Origin: Terrimicrobiaceae bacterium
GTDB lineage: Bacteria > Verrucomicrobiota > Verrucomicrobiia > Chthoniobacterales > Terrimicrobiaceae
DNA: 64,000 nucleotides
NCBI GenBank assembly: GCA_044342325.1
Contig: JBIIPZ010000011.1
Location: 12,253 to 76,252, forward strand
Direction: 5' to 3'
The translations under genes and the position numbers were made by a program. Under the pieces are notes generated by a model that was given only the letters and a program-made list of their open reading frames with translations, did no database searches and was not told the DNA's origin. Shown piece after piece: positions 35,359-45,762 of this stretch. The stretch's first letter is position 1, and each line of letters opens with the position of its first letter.

Positions 35359-37497
35359 TTATCCGAGTCGTTTTTCCAGTGCCGTATAGCGTCTCACAGC
35401 GCTCACATTACGAACGGCAGTTTGCAGGGCTTTTTTTTGACCTACGAGCACGACGAGACGGCGACCGCGAGTGATTCCCGTGTAAACTAGGTTGCGCTGA
35501 AGCAGGAGGTATTGCTGCATCGCAAGCGGCATGACGACGACGGGAAACTCCGAGCCCTGGCTTTTGTGGATCGTGATGGCGTAGGCCAGCGAGACTTCAT
35601 CGAGTTCATTGAAGTCGTAAACGACCTCGCGGCCATCGAAGGTGATAAGGACTTCGCGCTCGAAGTCGTCAATCTTCAGGATTTCACCGATGTCCCCATT
35701 GAACACCTCCTTGTCGTAGTTATTCCGCGTTTGAATGACCTTGTCGCGAACTCGGAATTCCCAGCCGAATTTCTCCACCGAAGGATCGCCAATCCGCTTG
35801 GGGTTGAGACGTTCCTGCAGTGTGCGGTTCATCTGGGCGGTGCCGAGTGAACCTCTATTCATCGGGCAGAGCACCTGGATGTCGCGGCGAGGGTCGAGCT
35901 TCCATTTTTTCGGAATACGCTCAGCGACGAGTTCGAGAATGGTTGCAGGAACGGACTCTGGTTCTTCGCGCTCGATGAAGAAAAAGTCGGAGTCTTTTTC
36001 CGATTCCGGCATGGCCCCGCTATTGATGCGGTGGGCATTGACGATGATGCGACTGCTCGAAGCCTGACGGAAAATTTCCGTGAGCCGCACAACTGGCACA
36101 GCGCCGCTGCGGATAATGTCGCCCAAGACAGCGCCGGGGCCGACACTCGGCAATTGATCCACATCGCCCACCAAAACCAAATGCGCGCGGGCCGGCAGGG
36201 CTTGGAGGAGCTTGGACATCAACTGCACATCCATCATGGATGTTTCGTCCGCCACCAAGAGATCGCAATCGAGCGGGTTCGAGGCATTCCTGGAAAAACC
36301 GGAATTCTGGTATTCGAGAAGGCGGTGGATGGTTTTGGCCTCGAGACCAGTGCTTTCGGAGAGGCGCTTCGCCGCGCGGCCCGTTGGGGCGCAGAGGAGG
36401 CACTTGACCTGTTTGGCACGAAGCAGAGTGAGGATGGAATTCACCAAAGTCGTTTTGCCGACGCCCGGGCCGCCTGTGATCACCAAGACGCGCGAGCAAA
36501 GAGCCCGGCGCAGAGCCTCGGCTTGGCTGGGAGCCAGATCGATGGATTTTTTCTCCTTCAACCAAGCGATGGCCTTGTCGGCATCGATCTCGGGATATTC
36601 CGCATTGCCGCGCGCCAATCGGGCGAGGCGGGATGCGACCTCGACTTCGGCACGCCGGATCGGCGGGAGAAAAATCAAATCCTCACCGGTTATGCCATCT
36701 TCCTCCAATTCGCCCTCGGCAAGCATCTCCGACAAGGCGCGCTGTAAAATGAGGGGATCCATCGCCAAGAGGTCTGACGCATTTTTGAGGAGAACATCCT
36801 TTGGCAGCGCACAGTGGCCGTTACCCCCGGCCTCCGAGAGCGTGTGGGACAGGCCCGCTCGGGCCCGCAGGATCGAGTCTTCGGGAATGCCGAGCTTGCG
36901 GGCGATGTCATCGGCGGTCTTGAAGCCGATGCCGGAAATATCACGCGCAAGGAGATAGGGATTGGCGCGCACTTTCTCTACCGCCTCGTCGCCGTAGGTC
37001 TTGTAAATCCTCACAGCGCGGCTGGTGCTGACGCCATTTGAGTGGAGGAAAACCATGATCTCCCGCACGATTTTTTGTTCGGCCCAAGCTGTGCGGATCG
37101 TGCGCCGTCTCTCAGCACCGATTCCCCTCACCTGCTCCAACCGCACGGATTCGCGGTCGATGATGTCGAACACACCCTCGCCGAATTTCTCGACTAGCTT
37201 CTTGGCATAGACGGGCCCGATGCCTTTGATGAGACCACTTGCGAGGTATTTTTCGATTCCCTCCCGCGAGGTAGGCGCGCTCGTTTGGAGAAGGTCTGCC
37301 TTGAGCTGCGTGCCATGGTCGCGATCCTGAATCCAAGCCCCCTCGGCGGTGAGCCATTCCCCCGCATTGATGCTCGAGGCGCGGCCGACGACAGTGACCA
37401 GGTCGCGGTGTCCATCGACTTTCACCCTCACAACGCAAAATCCCGTTTCCTCGTTGTGAAAAGTGACCCGCTCGATCAATCCGGTCACGCTGCTCAT
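35359..37497 (-). CDS. recD2: ATP-dependent RecD-like DNA helicase (RecD2)
   Basis: N-terminal OB and HhH (IKGIG, GIGFKTAD), TGGPGVGKTT, APTGRAAKRL, GDVDQLPSVG, AITIHKSQGSE. Confidence 0.95.
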   Translation of the reverse strand: MSSVTGLIERVTFHNEETGFCVVRVKVDGHRDLVTVVGRASSINAGEWLTAEGAWIQDRDHGTQLKADLLQTSAPTSREGIEKYLASGLIKGIGPVYAKKLVEKFGEGVFDIIDRESVRLEQVRGIGAERRRTIRTAWAEQKIVREIMVFLHSNGVSTSRAVRIYKTYGDEAVEKVRANPYLLARDISGIGFKTADDIARKLGIPEDSILRARAGLSHTLSEAGGNGHCALPKDVLLKNASDLLAMDPLILQRALSEMLAEGELEEDGITGEDLIFLPPIRRAEVEVASRLARLARGNAEYPEIDADKAIAWLKEKKSIDLAPSQAEALRRALCSRVLVITGGPGVGKTTLVNSILTLLRAKQVKCLLCAPTGRAAKRLSESTGLEAKTIHRLLEYQNSGFSRNASNPLDCDLLVADETSMMDVQLMSKLLQALPARAHLVLVGDVDQLPSVGPGAVLGDIIRSGAVPVVRLTEIFRQASSSRIIVNAHRINSGAMPESEKDSDFFFIEREEPESVPATILELVAERIPKKWKLDPRRDIQVLCPMNRGSLGTAQMNRTLQERLNPKRIGDPSVEKFGWEFRVRDKVIQTRNNYDKEVFNGDIGEILKIDDFEREVLITFDGREVVYDFNELDEVSLAYAITIHKSQGSEFPVVVMPLAMQQYLLLQRNLVYTGITRGRRLVVLVGQKKALQTAVRNVSAVRRYTALEKRLG

Positions 37498-38060
37498 GGG
37501 GCGCGGCGTTTTTTGAGATACCCGCGCCAGATGTAGAGCAGGACACCAAGCGGCATGAGAGCCACCACCGGCCACCATGTGAGCATGGGTGGAAGGGCGC
37601 GATCGACTGCAAGCTCGAAGGACACAATATCCGTCTTGCCCCCGCGTGAAATGGAGACGCCCAATTCCCAGAGGCCCGGTTCGGGAATTCCAAGCATCGC
37701 GGAATACAGAAGCCCATTGCCGGCATGCCCCTTACTCGCAGGAACAGCCTGCCCAGGCGTCACGCAACCGGCTCCCTTCCACGCCAATTCGGGAGTGGGA
37801 CGACTGAGCTTGTTGAGGCGGAAACTGACGATGGCATCAAGGACAGGCCCGCTCTTTTCCGCCTGCTCGAGGAACAGGCTCAAATCCACCAGCCCAGCAC
37901 GCAGCGGCGAGGGATTCCCAAACAGAACCACGCGATAGACGCCCGCCTGCTTTTCAGCAAGCACACGCCCGCCATCAGCATGCATGACGCCTGCACAGAG
38001 GAGCCAAATGGCCACACAAAGGAGGCTCTGACGGAGTTTGGTGGCGGACGATGAGATCAC
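37494..38060 (-). CDS. Hypothetical exported/membrane-anchored protein
   Basis: Signal-like N-terminus, beta-rich core, C-terminal TM with basic tail; ATGA overlap with recD2. Confidence 0.65.
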   Translation of the reverse strand: MISSSATKLRQSLLCVAIWLLCAGVMHADGGRVLAEKQAGVYRVVLFGNPSPLRAGLVDLSLFLEQAEKSGPVLDAIVSFRLNKLSRPTPELAWKGAGCVTPGQAVPASKGHAGNGLLYSAMLGIPEPGLWELGVSISRGGKTDIVSFELAVDRALPPMLTWWPVVALMPLGVLLYIWRGYLKKRRAP

Positions 38061-38170
38061 CTCGCCAGTTTAAGATGCAGGCGCGTCGGTTAAAGCCCCG
38101 AAATGCAGGGCTGCATTGAATATTGTGAAAAACTCCACCGGCGGCATATTGGCAGCCATTCCATTCTCAC

Positions 38171-40246
38171 ATGCGAGTCGCCCGCTGGTTCATTTACGGA
38201 TTTCCTATTTTTCTTCTGCTGCTCATCGCTGTGTCGTTCTGGAATTCCGCGAGCCTGACCTCGGACAAGAAAAACGAGATGTCGCTTGGCGTTCTTGGGG
38301 AGCCATCGACACTCAACCCGATCCAGCAAGCCGACGGCGCCGCGTCGCAAGTGGCGGGATCCATTTTCAACGGCCTCCTGAAATACAACCAGGATCTCGA
38401 AATCATCGGAGACCTAGCCGAATCATGGTCACTCGACCAGACCACGACTCTGGTTTTCCGAAACGAAGACTCCGCCATTGCGGCGAAAAGCCAGCTCGAG
38501 TCGCTCCGTGCGGAGTGGAGCGGCTGGACACTGGATGCCGTGAAACAAAGCGGGCGCGAGCTCCTTCTGCATTTCACCGAACCCGGCCTGGAATCCTCTG
38601 AAAAAATCGTCTCCCTCCTGCCTGCGAATGCCTTGGCACCACTGGCCACGCTGCGCGTGGAGGTGAAGGAAAACGCCGCCGACACACTGCAGCGCCTCAG
38701 CAAGGCCCTGCCAGACGGATCACTGCTCCGCGTGTGGGTGGAAAGCGGCGCGGAGTTTGAAATCAGCGCCGACCCGGCGCTCAAGGCGAATATCGAAAAA
38801 TGGCTCACAGCCAACGAAGGCGGGACGGTTCAAATCGGCGATCCGATTTCCTTTTTCGCCGAACCTCAGGTGGTCTTCAAACTGCGACAAAATGTCCGCT
38901 GGCACGACGGGGCACCGTTCACCTCGCGCGATGCTGCCTTCACCTACCGGGCGATCATGGACGATGCCACCGCCTCTCCGCGCAAGCCGGACTTTGATTT
39001 GATCCTGAAAGTTGAAACGCCGGACGAGCACACCTTCCGCGTGACCTACCGCAAGCCCTACTCGCCTGCGCTGGAGAGTTGGATGATCTCACTCCTCCCC
39101 GCACATTTACTGGAGGGAAAGCCCACGACCTGGTGGACGCAGAATTTCAATCGCACACCGGTGGGAACCGGCGCCTTTCGTTTCGCCGAGTGGAAGACGA
39201 ATGAATTCATTCGCGTGGAACGGAATCCCGATTACTTCGACGCCCCTGGGCCTTGGCTCGATGGAATCGTCTATCGCTTTATGCCTGACCAACTCACCCT
39301 GCGTCTCGCATTTGAGACACGGCAGGTGGATTTCTGGGGCGCGGAGCCATGGACGGTTAACGCCTTTGTGAATGACCCGCGCTTCCAAGTCTTCACAAGC
39401 CCGACGAGCAGCTACACCTACATCGGCTGGAATCTCAAACGCCCGCTCTTCCAGGATCCGCTCGTGCGCCGCGCACTCGCGCATGCGGTCGATGTGCCAT
39501 CCATGGTTCGCTTCATCCTCTATGGCCACGGCCTCCAGAGCACGGGACTCTTCACCCCGCAGATGTGGTTTTTTAACCCGGATATCAAACCCTTCGCCTA
39601 TGACCCGGAGAAGGCCCGTGCGCTCCTCGCCGAGGCGGGATGGAAGCCGGGGCCGGATGGAATCCTTCAAAAGAATGGCGAGAGGTTTTCCTTCACCCTC
39701 ATCACGAACAATGGAAATGAAGTCCGCCGCGACATCGCCACACTCACGCAGGATGGCCTCAAGCAGCTGGGCATTGAAGTGAAGGTGGAACTCTACGAGT
39801 GGGCTGTGTTTTTAAAAAACCACATCAACAAAGGCGACTTTGACGCCATGGTGCTCGGATGGTCGCTCGGCAATGGCTACGACCAATTCCAGATCTGGCA
39901 TTCCTCACAGGCAAATCCCGAGCAGCTCAATGTCGTGGGCTACAAAAGCGAAAAGGCCGACCGCCTCCTCGATGACATCCGGCAGGAATACAACCGCGAG
40001 AAAATCATCCGCATGGCGGGCGACCTGCAGCGGACCATCTATGAGGACCAACCCTACCTCTTCCTCTATGTTCCGGAAGGCACCAGCGTGATGTGGAAGG
40101 ACGCCTACCGCATCCGCCGTCCGGATGGCAAGGGCGGCTGGATCGATTCCCCTGTCGAAATGACCAAGGCGGGTTGGGCTTACTGGTCCGAGTGGTTCTA
40201 CAGGCCGGAATTCGCAGATCGCCTTCCCCCTACTCCACAACCTTAA
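38171..40246 (+). CDS. Peptide/nickel ABC transporter substrate-binding protein (family 5) with an inserted domain
   Basis: LAESW, LRQNVRWHDG, PVGTGAF, VRRALAHAVD, ARALLAEAGW. Confidence 0.9.
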   Translation: MRVARWFIYGFPIFLLLLIAVSFWNSASLTSDKKNEMSLGVLGEPSTLNPIQQADGAASQVAGSIFNGLLKYNQDLEIIGDLAESWSLDQTTTLVFRNEDSAIAAKSQLESLRAEWSGWTLDAVKQSGRELLLHFTEPGLESSEKIVSLLPANALAPLATLRVEVKENAADTLQRLSKALPDGSLLRVWVESGAEFEISADPALKANIEKWLTANEGGTVQIGDPISFFAEPQVVFKLRQNVRWHDGAPFTSRDAAFTYRAIMDDATASPRKPDFDLILKVETPDEHTFRVTYRKPYSPALESWMISLLPAHLLEGKPTTWWTQNFNRTPVGTGAFRFAEWKTNEFIRVERNPDYFDAPGPWLDGIVYRFMPDQLTLRLAFETRQVDFWGAEPWTVNAFVNDPRFQVFTSPTSSYTYIGWNLKRPLFQDPLVRRALAHAVDVPSMVRFILYGHGLQSTGLFTPQMWFFNPDIKPFAYDPEKARALLAEAGWKPGPDGILQKNGERFSFTLITNNGNEVRRDIATLTQDGLKQLGIEVKVELYEWAVFLKNHINKGDFDAMVLGWSLGNGYDQFQIWHSSQANPEQLNVVGYKSEKADRLLDDIRQEYNREKIIRMAGDLQRTIYEDQPYLFLYVPEGTSVMWKDAYRIRRPDGKGGWIDSPVEMTKAGWAYWSEWFYRPEFADRLPPTPQP

Positions 40247-41351
40247 AAAGGGTGGTGAAGAAATACAAGTAGGCGAAAACAAGCAGGCCTAGAATCACGG
40301 CCAAGGGAAAAAGAAGGGAGATCCAGCGCATTTCTTTTCCCTCGACTTCGAGGCTGCGCAGTTCACTCGTGCGAGCAGCGGAGGGGTTTGCCAACGCTTC
40401 ATTGGCCTTGCTCAAGGCAAAGCGCAGGTGCTCGATCAATTCGTCGTAGGATTGATAACGCTTCGAAGGCATTTTTGACATCATGCGATTGACGACATAC
40501 GCCGTCTCATTGCACACATCGGGAGCGAAGGCTTGGAGGCTCACCGGGCGGCTTTTGAGTTGTTTCAGTGCGACGAGGGATGCGTTATCGGCCTCATAGG
40601 GTGGACGGCCTGCCATGGCATGAAACAGCGTGCCGCCGAGGCTGTAGATATCGCTTCGAAAATCCTCCGGCAGTTCATCAAGCTTCTCCGGCGCGACATA
40701 GTAGGGAGTTCCCCATATTTCCGTCGGAGATGTCGCTGTATCACTCGCGACCACGGCCAATCCAAAGTCCACGATCTTCACCGTGCCACGATCTGCGAAG
40801 AGAATATTCGCCGGCTTGATATCGCGGTGGATGAGACCGATTTCCATCGCCGCCTTGAGGCCCTGCGCGACCTGGATTCCAGCCTCAAGCGCGATGATTT
40901 CGGGAACCACGCCCCGCTCCTGCATGAGATCGTCGAGAGAACCACCACCAATCAACTCCATGGCGATGTAAAATTGGGAGCGACATTCCCCGAAATCAAT
41001 AATCCGAACGACATTGGGATGGTTGATTTGAGCGGTCGTGCGGGCCTCATCGGCCAATTTTTTCGACTCTTCCTGAATGCCAGTAGCCTGCATTTTCAGA
41101 ACCTTCAAAGCGACCTCGCGTCCGAGAGAGACATCAATCGCACGATAAGCTGAGCCCATCCCGCCCTCTCCAAGGAGGGAGGTGATCTGAAATTGGTTGA
41201 AAATCGTGCATGCCTTGAAGAAATGTCCGCAAGTTGGACAGTTGGCGTCGGAAAAAGCAGGCCAACCCGTCATATCGAGAGGGGCCTGACAATGAGGGCA
41301 AGTCTCGATGCAAGAGGGAGAGATTTCGACGATTTGTTCTGTGCTATTCAT
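40230..41351 (-). CDS. Hanks-type Ser/Thr protein kinase with N-terminal zinc ribbon and C-terminal TM
   Basis: CPHC..CPTC; GEGGMG, VALK, HRDIKPAN, DFG, GTPYYVAPE, SDIYSLG. Confidence 0.93.
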   Translation of the reverse strand: MNSTEQIVEISPSCIETCPHCQAPLDMTGWPAFSDANCPTCGHFFKACTIFNQFQITSLLGEGGMGSAYRAIDVSLGREVALKVLKMQATGIQEESKKLADEARTTAQINHPNVVRIIDFGECRSQFYIAMELIGGGSLDDLMQERGVVPEIIALEAGIQVAQGLKAAMEIGLIHRDIKPANILFADRGTVKIVDFGLAVVASDTATSPTEIWGTPYYVAPEKLDELPEDFRSDIYSLGGTLFHAMAGRPPYEADNASLVALKQLKSRPVSLQAFAPDVCNETAYVVNRMMSKMPSKRYQSYDELIEHLRFALSKANEALANPSAARTSELRSLEVEGKEMRWISLLFPLAVILGLLVFAYLYFFTTLFKVVE

Positions 41352-41484
41352 GGGAACGAGCAGGAGGCTGAACTTGTAGAAAAATAGCGCTTATTTCAAG
41401 CCACGCGCAAACTGAAACTCAAAGCAGTGCGAGGCGAAATCAGAGTTGCCGCACCTCGCGCCGAGGATTTAGCTTCTCACACCT

Positions 41485-42216
41485 ATGGGAAGACAATGGC
41501 TCCACGCCAAGCGAGAAGTCGCAAATCTGAAAAAAGGCCAAGTCGTTGGCAAACTGGTGAAAGAAATGATGGTCGCCGCGAAACTCGGCGGTCCTGACAT
41601 CGAGGGCAATGCCCGCCTTTATGCCGCCGTCGAAAAGGCCCGCAAAGCCTCTGTGACGCGCGATGCCATCGAACGCGCCATCAAGAAAGGCGCTGGAATT
41701 GGCGATGAGAAGCTCACCTTGGAGCACCTCGTCTTCGAGGGTTATGCCCCGCACAAAGTGCCGGTAATCGTGGAGGCTCTCACAGACAATGTGAACCGCA
41801 CGGCTCCCGAAATGCGCGTGCTTTTCAAAAAAGGACAACTCGGCACGGCAGGCAGCAACAAATTTCTCTTCGATAATGTCGGCATCGTGGAAGCCCACCA
41901 TGCGGATTTGTCGATCGACCCCGAGGAGGCTGCCATCGAAGCCGGAGCGAATGATTTTGTCGCGTTGGAGGAAGGCGAGAATGACGACATTCCCACTGGC
42001 ACCAAAGGCGTGAAATTTTTGACCGAACGCACAGCCACAGGCGCCGTCTCGAAATGGCTCGCCGAGCACGGATGGTCGGTTGTCACCAGTGAACTCGGCT
42101 ACATTGCCAAGCAGTTCCCCACCCTCAGCGATGAACAACGCAACGAAGTCGGCGAGTTTTTACAGGCCCTCGAAGACAATGATGATGTCCACCGTGTCTG
42201 GGCGGCTTTGAAGTAA
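41485..42216 (+). CDS. yebC: YebC/PmpR family protein
   Basis: MGRQW, IERAIKK, EGYAP, TDNVNRT, LEDNDDV. Confidence 0.92.
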   Translation: MGRQWLHAKREVANLKKGQVVGKLVKEMMVAAKLGGPDIEGNARLYAAVEKARKASVTRDAIERAIKKGAGIGDEKLTLEHLVFEGYAPHKVPVIVEALTDNVNRTAPEMRVLFKKGQLGTAGSNKFLFDNVGIVEAHHADLSIDPEEAAIEAGANDFVALEEGENDDIPTGTKGVKFLTERTATGAVSKWLAEHGWSVVTSELGYIAKQFPTLSDEQRNEVGEFLQALEDNDDVHRVWAALK

Positions 42217-42222
42217 TCCACG

Positions 42223-43539
42223 ATGGAAGCCACTGCCACGCGCCTGGTCGAGCGCTTGAGAGCGGCCGGGCACGAGGCGTTCTTCGCCGGTGGCTGCGTT
42301 CGCGACATGCTTCTCGGCAAGGAAGCTCACGACATCGACATCGCCACCAGTGCCAAGCCCGAGGAGGTGCAACGCCTCTTCCCCCGCACAGTGGCGGTGG
42401 GGGCCGCATTCGGCGTGATTGTCGTGCTTGAGGACGACTTCGAATTTCAAGTAGCCACCTTCCGCTCGGACGGCGCTTACAAGGACGGCCGACACCCAGA
42501 GTCGGTTTCCTTCACAACAGCCGAAGGCGATGCCAAGCGGCGCGACTTCACAGTCAACGGCCTTTTCTACGATCCCATAGAAAAAAGGATCATCGACCAT
42601 GTTGGTGGCGAAGCAGATTTGAAGGCAGGCATCCTCCGCAGCATCGGGAACGCGGAGGAGCGTTTTTCCGAAGACAAACTGCGCCTCATCCGCTGCGTTC
42701 GCTTCGGCGCATCCCTCGGTTTCCAGATCGAAGAGGAAACTTGGAAGGCCGTCTGCCACATGGCGCCACAAATCACCGTCGTCAGCGCGGAACGCCTTCG
42801 CGACGAACTGGTGAAAATTTTCACCCATCCCTCGCGCGTCAGGGGATTTGATTTGCTCGACGCCTGCGGCCTGCTGGAAATTTTGCTGCCCGAGGTGACG
42901 CGCATGAAAGGCTGCGAACAACCGCCGGACTTTCACCCCGAAGGGGATGTATTCGTCCACACCCGCCTCATGCTATCGCTCCTGCCGCCCGAGGTGTCCG
43001 TTCCTCTTGTCTTCTCCGTCCTTCTCCACGACACAGGAAAACCCGGCACATTCCGGCGCGATGAGACCGGGCGAATTCGCTTCAATGGACATGAGAGCGT
43101 GAGCGCGGAGATCACCACGGCCATCTTCGAGCGGCTCCGGTTTTCAAATGCCGAGACAGATGCGACGGTCGTCGGCGTGAAAAACCACATGTCCTTCAAG
43201 GATGTGAAAAACATGCGCGTGGCAACCCTCAAGCGATTTCTGGCGCGTCCTACCATCGAGGACGAAATGGAGCTTCACCGCGTGGACTGCCTGGGCTCTC
43301 ACGGTCTGCTCGACAACCATGAGTTCCTGCGCACCAAGCAGGTGGAGTTTTCCAACGCACCGCTCATTCCGCCACCGCTCATCACCGGCCGGAACCTTAT
43401 TGCCAGCGGATACAAGCCCAGCCCTCTCTTTAAAAAAATCCTCGATGCCATAGAGGCCATGCAACTCGAGGGGACGATAACTACACCCGAGGAGGCTCTG
43501 GCGTGGGTGAAGGCTCAGAGCGAATTCCAAGCCTCATAA
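42223..43539 (+). CDS. cca: CCA tRNA nucleotidyltransferase (class II, HD domain)
   Basis: GGCVRD, DIDIAT, RRDFTVN, EDKLRLIR, SAERLRDE, HPEGDV, LLHD. Confidence 0.88.
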   Translation: MEATATRLVERLRAAGHEAFFAGGCVRDMLLGKEAHDIDIATSAKPEEVQRLFPRTVAVGAAFGVIVVLEDDFEFQVATFRSDGAYKDGRHPESVSFTTAEGDAKRRDFTVNGLFYDPIEKRIIDHVGGEADLKAGILRSIGNAEERFSEDKLRLIRCVRFGASLGFQIEEETWKAVCHMAPQITVVSAERLRDELVKIFTHPSRVRGFDLLDACGLLEILLPEVTRMKGCEQPPDFHPEGDVFVHTRLMLSLLPPEVSVPLVFSVLLHDTGKPGTFRRDETGRIRFNGHESVSAEITTAIFERLRFSNAETDATVVGVKNHMSFKDVKNMRVATLKRFLARPTIEDEMELHRVDCLGSHGLLDNHEFLRTKQVEFSNAPLIPPPLITGRNLIASGYKPSPLFKKILDAIEAMQLEGTITTPEEALAWVKAQSEFQAS

Positions 43540-44158
43540 ACCGCACGACAAACCATGCGGTCAGGAAAGCCAAAGTGATGGAGACCGCCACATCCGAGGG
43601 ATGGTGAGCTCCGATGGCAATGCTCGACCAAGCCACGCCAACTGCACCGATGAGGGCCAGCAAACCCCAAGCGGGGGCTGCAAAAACAACCGCTGCGGCG
43701 AATCCAAACGCCGTGGCCGTGTGACCAGAGGGAAAGGAGTTGTAGGCCGGCACGCCGACAAGAATCCTCCCATTGTGGTATGGGCCATAGAAACCATGCT
43801 CTATCTTCGGAATCTCACGAGGACGCGGACGGCCTGTGGTGAGCCGCGAGGCATTTGCAATGATCCCGGCTAGAGTCGAAGCAATCATGGCCGCTAAAAT
43901 AATGCGGCTCCAACGCCGGTTCCCACGCGCTTTGAAGATGAGAAAGCCGATGGCCGCCGCGACCATGATTGGTGGCCAGTCACCCCAGACTCGAATCTTG
44001 CCGTAAATTTTTGCCTCCGTGGTTTTTTGCCATTTTGGCCCCTGCGCCGCGACCAGATCTTGCCGGATCGGAAGATCCCACTTGAAGGCCAGGACGGAAA
44101 AAAAACCTCCCACCAAAAGGATGATCAAGGGAGTTCGATAGACCCGGAGAAAATTCAT
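43481..44158 (-). CDS. PAP2-family phosphatase
   Basis: GRPRP, SFPSGH, HHPSDV. Confidence 0.88.
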   Translation of the reverse strand: MNFLRVYRTPLIILLVGGFFSVLAFKWDLPIRQDLVAAQGPKWQKTTEAKIYGKIRVWGDWPPIMVAAAIGFLIFKARGNRRWSRIILAAMIASTLAGIIANASRLTTGRPRPREIPKIEHGFYGPYHNGRILVGVPAYNSFPSGHTATAFGFAAAVVFAAPAWGLLALIGAVGVAWSSIAIGAHHPSDVAVSITLAFLTAWFVVRFMRLGIRSEPSPTPEPPRV

Positions 44159-45144
44159 CGCATTTCAGCAGCCACCTCCGCTGCGAAGTAAGTGAGAATC
44201 ATATCCGCGCCAGCCCGCTTGATGGCCACGAGCGACTCGTCCCGGGTGCGCTTGTAGTCGAGCCAACCCAGGCGTGCCGCCGCATGAATTTGAGAAAATT
44301 CTCCACTCACTTGGTAAGCGGCGATCGGCGCGTCGCAGCTTTCCCGAACAGAGCGGATGATGTCCAGATACGCTCCGGCTGGTTTGACCATGACGATGTC
44401 GGCTCCCTCCTCCAGATCAAGACGAACCTCGCGGAGGGCTTCCCGGGAGTTGGCCGGATCCATCTGGTAGGTCGATTTGCTGATCGCATCCTTGCCGATC
44501 TTGCTGCCCACAGCGTCGCGAAATGGCCCGTAGTAGGCCGAGGCATACTTGGCGGCGTAGGACATGATGCCGGTCTGCGAAAAGCCTGCGGCATCCAGCG
44601 CACGGCGCACTGCGGCGATGCGGCCGTCCATCATATCCGAGGGAGCCACAATATCGGCACCAGCCTGCGCTTCCATGACGGCCAAGCGGCAGAGCACCTC
44701 TACCGTGCTGTCGTTTTCAACGGATGAGCCATCCACCGAGAGCAGGCCGTCATGGCCATGATCAGTGTAGGGATCAAGCGCCACATCAGTGATGACAACC
44801 AGATTGGGAAACCTCTTTTTAACCTCTGAAACCGAGCGATAGAGAAGGTTCGCAGCATCGAAGGCATGCGAGCCGACATCATTTTTCAGCGAGGGATTAA
44901 TGCTTGGAAAAATAGCCACCGCAGGAATGCGCAACTCCAGCGCGCGCTCGCAAGCGTGCAGCAGCGAGTCCTCACCAAGCCGCGAAACCCCAGGCATGGA
45001 CTCGATCGCCAAGTCATCCTTCGATTCATGAATGAAAAGCGGCCAGATCAAATCCTCCGGACGCAGGATCGTCTCACGGACAAGCCGACGAATGTTTTCA
45101 GAGCGCCTGTTGCGTCGGGGACGCTGGAGAATTTCAAGTGGCAT
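44155..45144 (-). CDS. hemB: Porphobilinogen synthase (ALA dehydratase)
   Basis: RPRRNR, DVALDPYTDHGHDG, APSDMMDGR, YGPFRDA, MVKP, AYQVSGE; start trimmed to MPLEI. Confidence 0.96.
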   Translation of the reverse strand: MPLEILQRPRRNRRSENIRRLVRETILRPEDLIWPLFIHESKDDLAIESMPGVSRLGEDSLLHACERALELRIPAVAIFPSINPSLKNDVGSHAFDAANLLYRSVSEVKKRFPNLVVITDVALDPYTDHGHDGLLSVDGSSVENDSTVEVLCRLAVMEAQAGADIVAPSDMMDGRIAAVRRALDAAGFSQTGIMSYAAKYASAYYGPFRDAVGSKIGKDAISKSTYQMDPANSREALREVRLDLEEGADIVMVKPAGAYLDIIRSVRESCDAPIAAYQVSGEFSQIHAAARLGWLDYKRTRDESLVAIKRAGADMILTYFAAEVAAEMR

Positions 45145-45240
45145 GCGCGGAGGGTGCAACTCCGCCGGTGGATCGTCAAGACGACTGCTTGCGGGCTGAA
45201 ATCCCTTCCCTCCCCTGCGTCGAAGGTTCATCCTCGCGGC

Positions 45241-45762
45241 ATGGACGAGCATTTTCCGAAGGACACCATCGAGTCGCTCTGGGCACCGTGGCGGGTTGAA
45301 TATTTCCAGGCCGAACACCGCAGCGGGGTTGATTTCCTTTCCGAAGCTGCTGCCGCGAGTGATGACGCTGCGCACCTCGTGGTGGCGAGGCGCCCCACCG
45401 CTTTTCTGGTGATGAACAAATACCCCTACTCTGCCGGGCATCTCATGGCCGTTCCGTGCCGGAAGGTCTGCAAAATGTCGGAGGTCACCGAGGATGAAAT
45501 CCTCGATCTCTGGCGATTGAGTGTCCACGCGCAGAGGTTGCTTGAGATCGCGGTGAAGGCCCAAGGATTCAATGTCGGCTGGAATCTCGGCAAGGTCTCT
45601 GGAGCTGGCGTGGAAGACCACCTGCACATCCATATCGTTCCCCGCTGGGTGGGCGACTCGAATTTCATCGCCGTGGTCGGCGGAACACGCATCATCCCGG
45701 AAGGCCTGATGCCACTTTACGAGCGACTGGTAGCCATCGACAAAGAACTCAACATTTCATGA
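45241..45762 (+). CDS. HIT-family hydrolase (Ap4A phosphorylase-like)
   Basis: LWAPWR, NKYPY..GHLM, GFNVG.NLG, HLHIHIVPRW.GD. Confidence 0.9.
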   Translation: MDEHFPKDTIESLWAPWRVEYFQAEHRSGVDFLSEAAAASDDAAHLVVARRPTAFLVMNKYPYSAGHLMAVPCRKVCKMSEVTEDEILDLWRLSVHAQRLLEIAVKAQGFNVGWNLGKVSGAGVEDHLHIHIVPRWVGDSNFIAVVGGTRIIPEGLMPLYERLVAIDKELNIS

